Origin: an uncultured Gammaproteobacteria bacterium | GTDB taxonomy: Bacteria > Pseudomonadota > Gammaproteobacteria > DRLM01 | DNA length: 64,000 nucleotides | Direction: 5' to 3' | NCBI GenBank assembly: GCA_963729605.1 | Contig: CAVSNY010000002.1 | Location: 64,001-128,000 of the forward strand | In this document: in pieces, positions 63,207 through 64,000 of the stretch | Layout: each line of letters begins with the position of its first letter | How positions within the stretch are numbered: the first letter of the stretch is position 1 | Made by a program: the position numbers and the translations under genes | Notes under the pieces: generated by a model | Database searches by the model: none | The model's input: only the letters and a program-made list of their open reading frames with translations | Told to the model about the DNA's origin: nothing

Positions 63207-63896
63207 ATGACGGCGAAAATCTACAACATCGCGGAACCCAATCCGTCGGAAGATCTCCTGGCTAAGATGGCCGGACAATACTCGACAATATTGGCCGATC
63301 CTCCTTGGCAGTTTCAGAATCGCACCGGAAAGATGGCACCCGAGCACCGGCGTTTGCTTCGATACCCGACCATGGAGTTGAAAGAAATCATGGAACTCCC
63401 CGTTTCACGCCTCGCCGCCGCAAAGTCGCATTTATATTTGTGGGTGCCGAATGCCCTTCTTCAAGAAGGGCTAAAAGTCATGGAGGCCTGGGGTTTCACC
63501 TACAAATCCAACTTGGTCTGGTACAAGATCCGAAAGGACGGCGGCCCGGATGGGCGTGGTGTCGGTTTCTATTTCCGCAACGTTACGGAATTGGTTTTAT
63601 TCGGTGTTCGCGGCAGTATGCGCACGCTTCCTCCAGGCCGAACGCAGGTTAACGTGCTGGCCACTCGTAAACGCGAGCACTCGCGCAAACCGGATGAAAT
63701 TTATGATCTGATCGAATCCTGTTCGCCAGGCCCCTATTTGGAGCTTTTCGCGCGTTTCCGCCGCCCGAGTTGGAATCAGTGGGGTAATGAAGACGTGGAG
63801 GAAAATTCGCATTATGGGGTGGCCAGACGAAAAGGACATGCCGATTCTCAGCTACGTCTTCTTGAAACGCCCCGTGGTTATGGTAATAAGAGATAA
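63207..63896 (+). CDS. MT-A70-family adenine methyltransferase
   Basis: ILADPPW, YPTM, LYLWVPN, WGFTYK, REHSRKPDE, YLELFAR, WGNE. Confidence 0.92.
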   Translation: MTAKIYNIAEPNPSEDLLAKMAGQYSTILADPPWQFQNRTGKMAPEHRRLLRYPTMELKEIMELPVSRLAAAKSHLYLWVPNALLQEGLKVMEAWGFTYKSNLVWYKIRKDGGPDGRGVGFYFRNVTELVLFGVRGSMRTLPPGRTQVNVLATRKREHSRKPDEIYDLIESCSPGPYLELFARFRRPSWNQWGNEDVEENSHYGVARRKGHADSQLRLLETPRGYGNKR

Positions 63897-64000
63897 GGGT
63901 CCGATCTGATTTTTTGTGAAGATTTAACCTGTGAGTACAGTATCAGTCGTGTTCCAGTCCGGCCGTCCTAGCGCACAGGATTCGCAGTTTGTTTGTTGCA

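Overview
GC-rich chromosomal window, most likely from a gammaproteobacterium (inferred from gene order such as zapA-ssrS-ygfA, ygfB-pepP-ubiH-ubiI, argS-SPOR and a split gcvPA). 1-19 kb is an organic-nitrogen scavenging region: the end of a urease operon (ureC-E-F-G), an amide cassette (TorF/TIGR02001-like outer-membrane protein, formamidase fmdA, fmdB, an Urt/Fmd-type ABC transporter whose urtD-like gene is frameshifted, aliphatic amidase amiE), then a second near-identical copy of the outer-membrane gene and a canonical urtABCDE. Three sigma54 promoters with IHF- and NtrC-like sites lie in this region. The two porin copies differ at only 2 positions over ~670 bp of the 3' part of the gene while their signal peptides and promoters have diverged, so the amide cassette sits between long direct repeats. 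19-33 kb holds small lipoproteins, an unlisted 32-aa membrane ORF, divergent speE/speA, a large Calx-beta/beta-propeller lipoprotein and a rearranged Anbu / circularly permuted ATP-grasp / alpha-E / Zn-peptidase cluster lacking a transglutaminase. 33-64 kb is mostly housekeeping (argS, priA, hemJ, rpiA, ilvA, 6S RNA, zapA, pepP, ubiH/I, Na+/H+ antiporter, Fur-controlled Fe3+ ABC genes, glycine riboswitch-lipA-gcvT-H-PA, tpx), with notable non-coding elements (DARS-like DnaA-box cluster, candidate Na+ riboswitch, REP-like palindromes), and ends in a BglII-like nuclease plus MT-A70 methyltransferase pair. All family calls come from motif recognition by eye; no searches were run.
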